NCBI GenBank assembly: GCA_963674595.2
Contig: CAXXFV010000009.1
Location: forward strand, 64,001 to 128,000
Source of the DNA: a bacterium
GTDB lineage: Bacteria; Zhuqueibacterota; Zhuqueibacteria; Residuimicrobiales; Krinioviventaceae
Direction: 5' to 3'
DNA: 64,000 nucleotides
The position numbers were made by a program, and so were the translations under genes. Under the pieces are notes generated by a model. That model did no database searches. It was not told the DNA's origin and saw nothing but the letters and a program-made list of their open reading frames with translations. This document shows positions 62,740 through 64,000 of this stretch, one piece after another (the stretch's first letter is position 1; each line of letters begins with the position of its first letter).

Positions 62740-63303
62740 ATGAATAAGGTGACTTTTGTGAGTATTTCCCCTGGTAGTTTTACCGGGTTGACCATCTGGG
62801 ACCAGTATGGTAAATATATAAACACCGGAACGATAAAATATTTTAAACATCTTGATTACAGTGAAAGATTATACAAAACCAGGCAACATCATAATATTGC
62901 TTTTGCAGTGATTGAGGACCATGAACAGCACATAAACGGGAACATGACATGGGAAGTAAATGCCCATTTCACTCAAACTCAATTGACGATCTGTAAAGAG
63001 ATATTTGATTCTCATATTCTCATTAGCCCGGCACAATGGAACCGGTCCGGGCACCAGGATTATATGAAGCGTCAAATGACGTTACAGACTCTGCAGTTGA
63101 ATTTAAGAAATATGCCAGAGATTGACAGTGCCTTAATTGGACGATATGTGTTTCAATTTGCTAATCGGTATGTTGGGCACAAGACATTTGAAGCATTGCA
63201 TCAACTGGCAACCACGAGTCATAAATGGCCTTTATTATCTCAAAAACAGCCCTGGAATGATTTAATAAAAGTTTATTCGGAACAACTAAGTATTAACATT
63301 TAG
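62740..63303 (+). CDS. RuvC-like paralogue, copy 2, first catalytic Asp replaced by Ser
   Basis: SISPGSFTG, VIED, QWNR, EIDSAL; collinear with copy 1. Confidence 0.65.
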   Translation: MNKVTFVSISPGSFTGLTIWDQYGKYINTGTIKYFKHLDYSERLYKTRQHHNIAFAVIEDHEQHINGNMTWEVNAHFTQTQLTICKEIFDSHILISPAQWNRSGHQDYMKRQMTLQTLQLNLRNMPEIDSALIGRYVFQFANRYVGHKTFEALHQLATTSHKWPLLSQKQPWNDLIKVYSEQLSINI

Positions 63304-63500
63304 TACAAGAATTATAATGTATTCCTGACTGATAAAATCAATTATTAGACCGGAAGGTCGTTCAAGTGATAGGTGACCAGGGCTGTGTCGCCCGGATTCG
63401 GATTGATGTAAGATGATGGAAATAGTTATCGAATTATAAAGAAGGAGGTGGTGATTATCGAGCACTGAACATTAATAATATTGGAATTCGAGCGTTTACT

Positions 63501-63530
63501 AAGCCCTGCAGGAATGTGGGGCTTTTATTT
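63501..63530 (+). terminator. Intrinsic terminator
   Basis: AAGCCCTGCA-GGAA-TGTGGGGCTT followed by T-rich tail. Confidence 0.7.
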
Positions 63531-63716
63531 TATATTAAATTTAAAAATTCATGTGCATTTCAAGCAGAAAAATATTGTAAATTCTTTAAAAACCACTTGC
63601 AGTGGTTTGAGAAAATTTGTATAATTATTTTATCAGTAATAAAGGACTCTTTTTCAGGACAATATGGTCGGATATGGGTGTCTCTGATGCCCTTTAGCTA
63701 CTTTACCATCTATAAA

Positions 63717-63911
63717 AATGGGATTCATACGCACGTACGAGGAATAGATTGAGTCAATCACAAAATCACATTCCTGTTATTGTTATGACACTATTATTTG
63801 CAGGAAGACTTGAAAAATAATTTCCATGATTTTATTGATTCTTGTAATAATCATCGTTATCATAAATCATTGGGCAATGTTACGCCGACTGATGTCTATT
63901 TTGGTAGGTAA
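63717..63911 (+). pseudogene. Decayed IS3/IS481-type transposase C-terminal remnant
   Basis: NGIHTHVRG fragment, then 63789-63911 HYYLQEDLKNNFHDFIDSCNNHRYHKSLGNVTPTDVYFGR*, resembling the YN..RYH.SL.NVTP.DVYFGR integrase-core tail. Confidence 0.7.
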
Positions 63912-64000
63912 GAAAAAAAATCAGAGCGAGATACTAATAAACAATAAAACAGGCAGGATTATATATTTTGAATATCCTTGAGTGCAGTAACAAATTAAAA

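Larger units (their letters stand above)
55030..63530. mobile_element. Prophage-like element integrated at tRNA-Pro (right boundary not identified)
   Basis: Integrase next to the tRNA 3' end, divergent repressor/early operon, Xis-like, SSAP, SSB and RuvC-like genes. Confidence 0.85.

Noticed and set aside
63385-63400. TCGCCCGGA as the second att copy of the tRNA 3' end
   Set aside because: Only a short imperfect match to TCGCCCCGAC; expected by chance
63516-63752. 78-aa ORF
   Set aside because: Starts inside a terminator hairpin; only its last codons resemble a transposase remnant
1-64000. CRISPR array or cas genes
   Set aside because: No regularly spaced repeats found; the RuvC-like ORFs are ~190 aa and lack Cas12/TnpB architecture

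Overview
AT-rich bacterial chromosome window in genetic code 11. The gene content suggests a KSB1/Calditrichota-like lineage, which is an impression and not demonstrated. (1) 1-9.6 kb: carbohydrate and housekeeping genes (GH130 fragment, MFS, thioredoxin-fold, PHP, spoVG, heparinase II/III, TrmB-like). Also here is a secreted DUF1573-type gene whose conserved C-G-C motif is encoded as TGA-GGC-TGC with a SECIS-like hairpin, so it is a probable selenoprotein split in two by the ORF caller. (2) 9.9-20.3 kb: one tight operon combining a Dpp/Opp peptide ABC importer, a soluble GAF histidine kinase and a Ser/Thr kinase-STAND-TPR protein. (3) 20.7-36 kb, minus-strand accessory block: methyltransferase, membrane HK, orphan genes, a coupled soluble+TM two-gene cassette (defence candidate), an ECF sigma module, a GH106-like gene broken by two +1 homopolymer frameshifts, and a GH127-like gene. 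(4) 36.4-55 kb: core rimP-nusA-infB-DUF503-rbfA-truB-ribF-rpsO cluster, a GldAFG/DUF4340-type ABC module between rpsO and pnp, then pnp, M16 peptidase, ald, deacetylase, merR and tRNA-Pro(GGG). (5) 55.1-63.5 kb: left part of a prophage-like element integrated at tRNA-Pro. It carries an integrase, an apparently non-cleavable CI-like repressor, an Mgm101-like annealing protein, SSB, a tandem active/degenerate RuvC-like pair and a structured non-coding tail, followed by a decayed IS fragment. All assignments are from motif recognition by eye; no searches were run.
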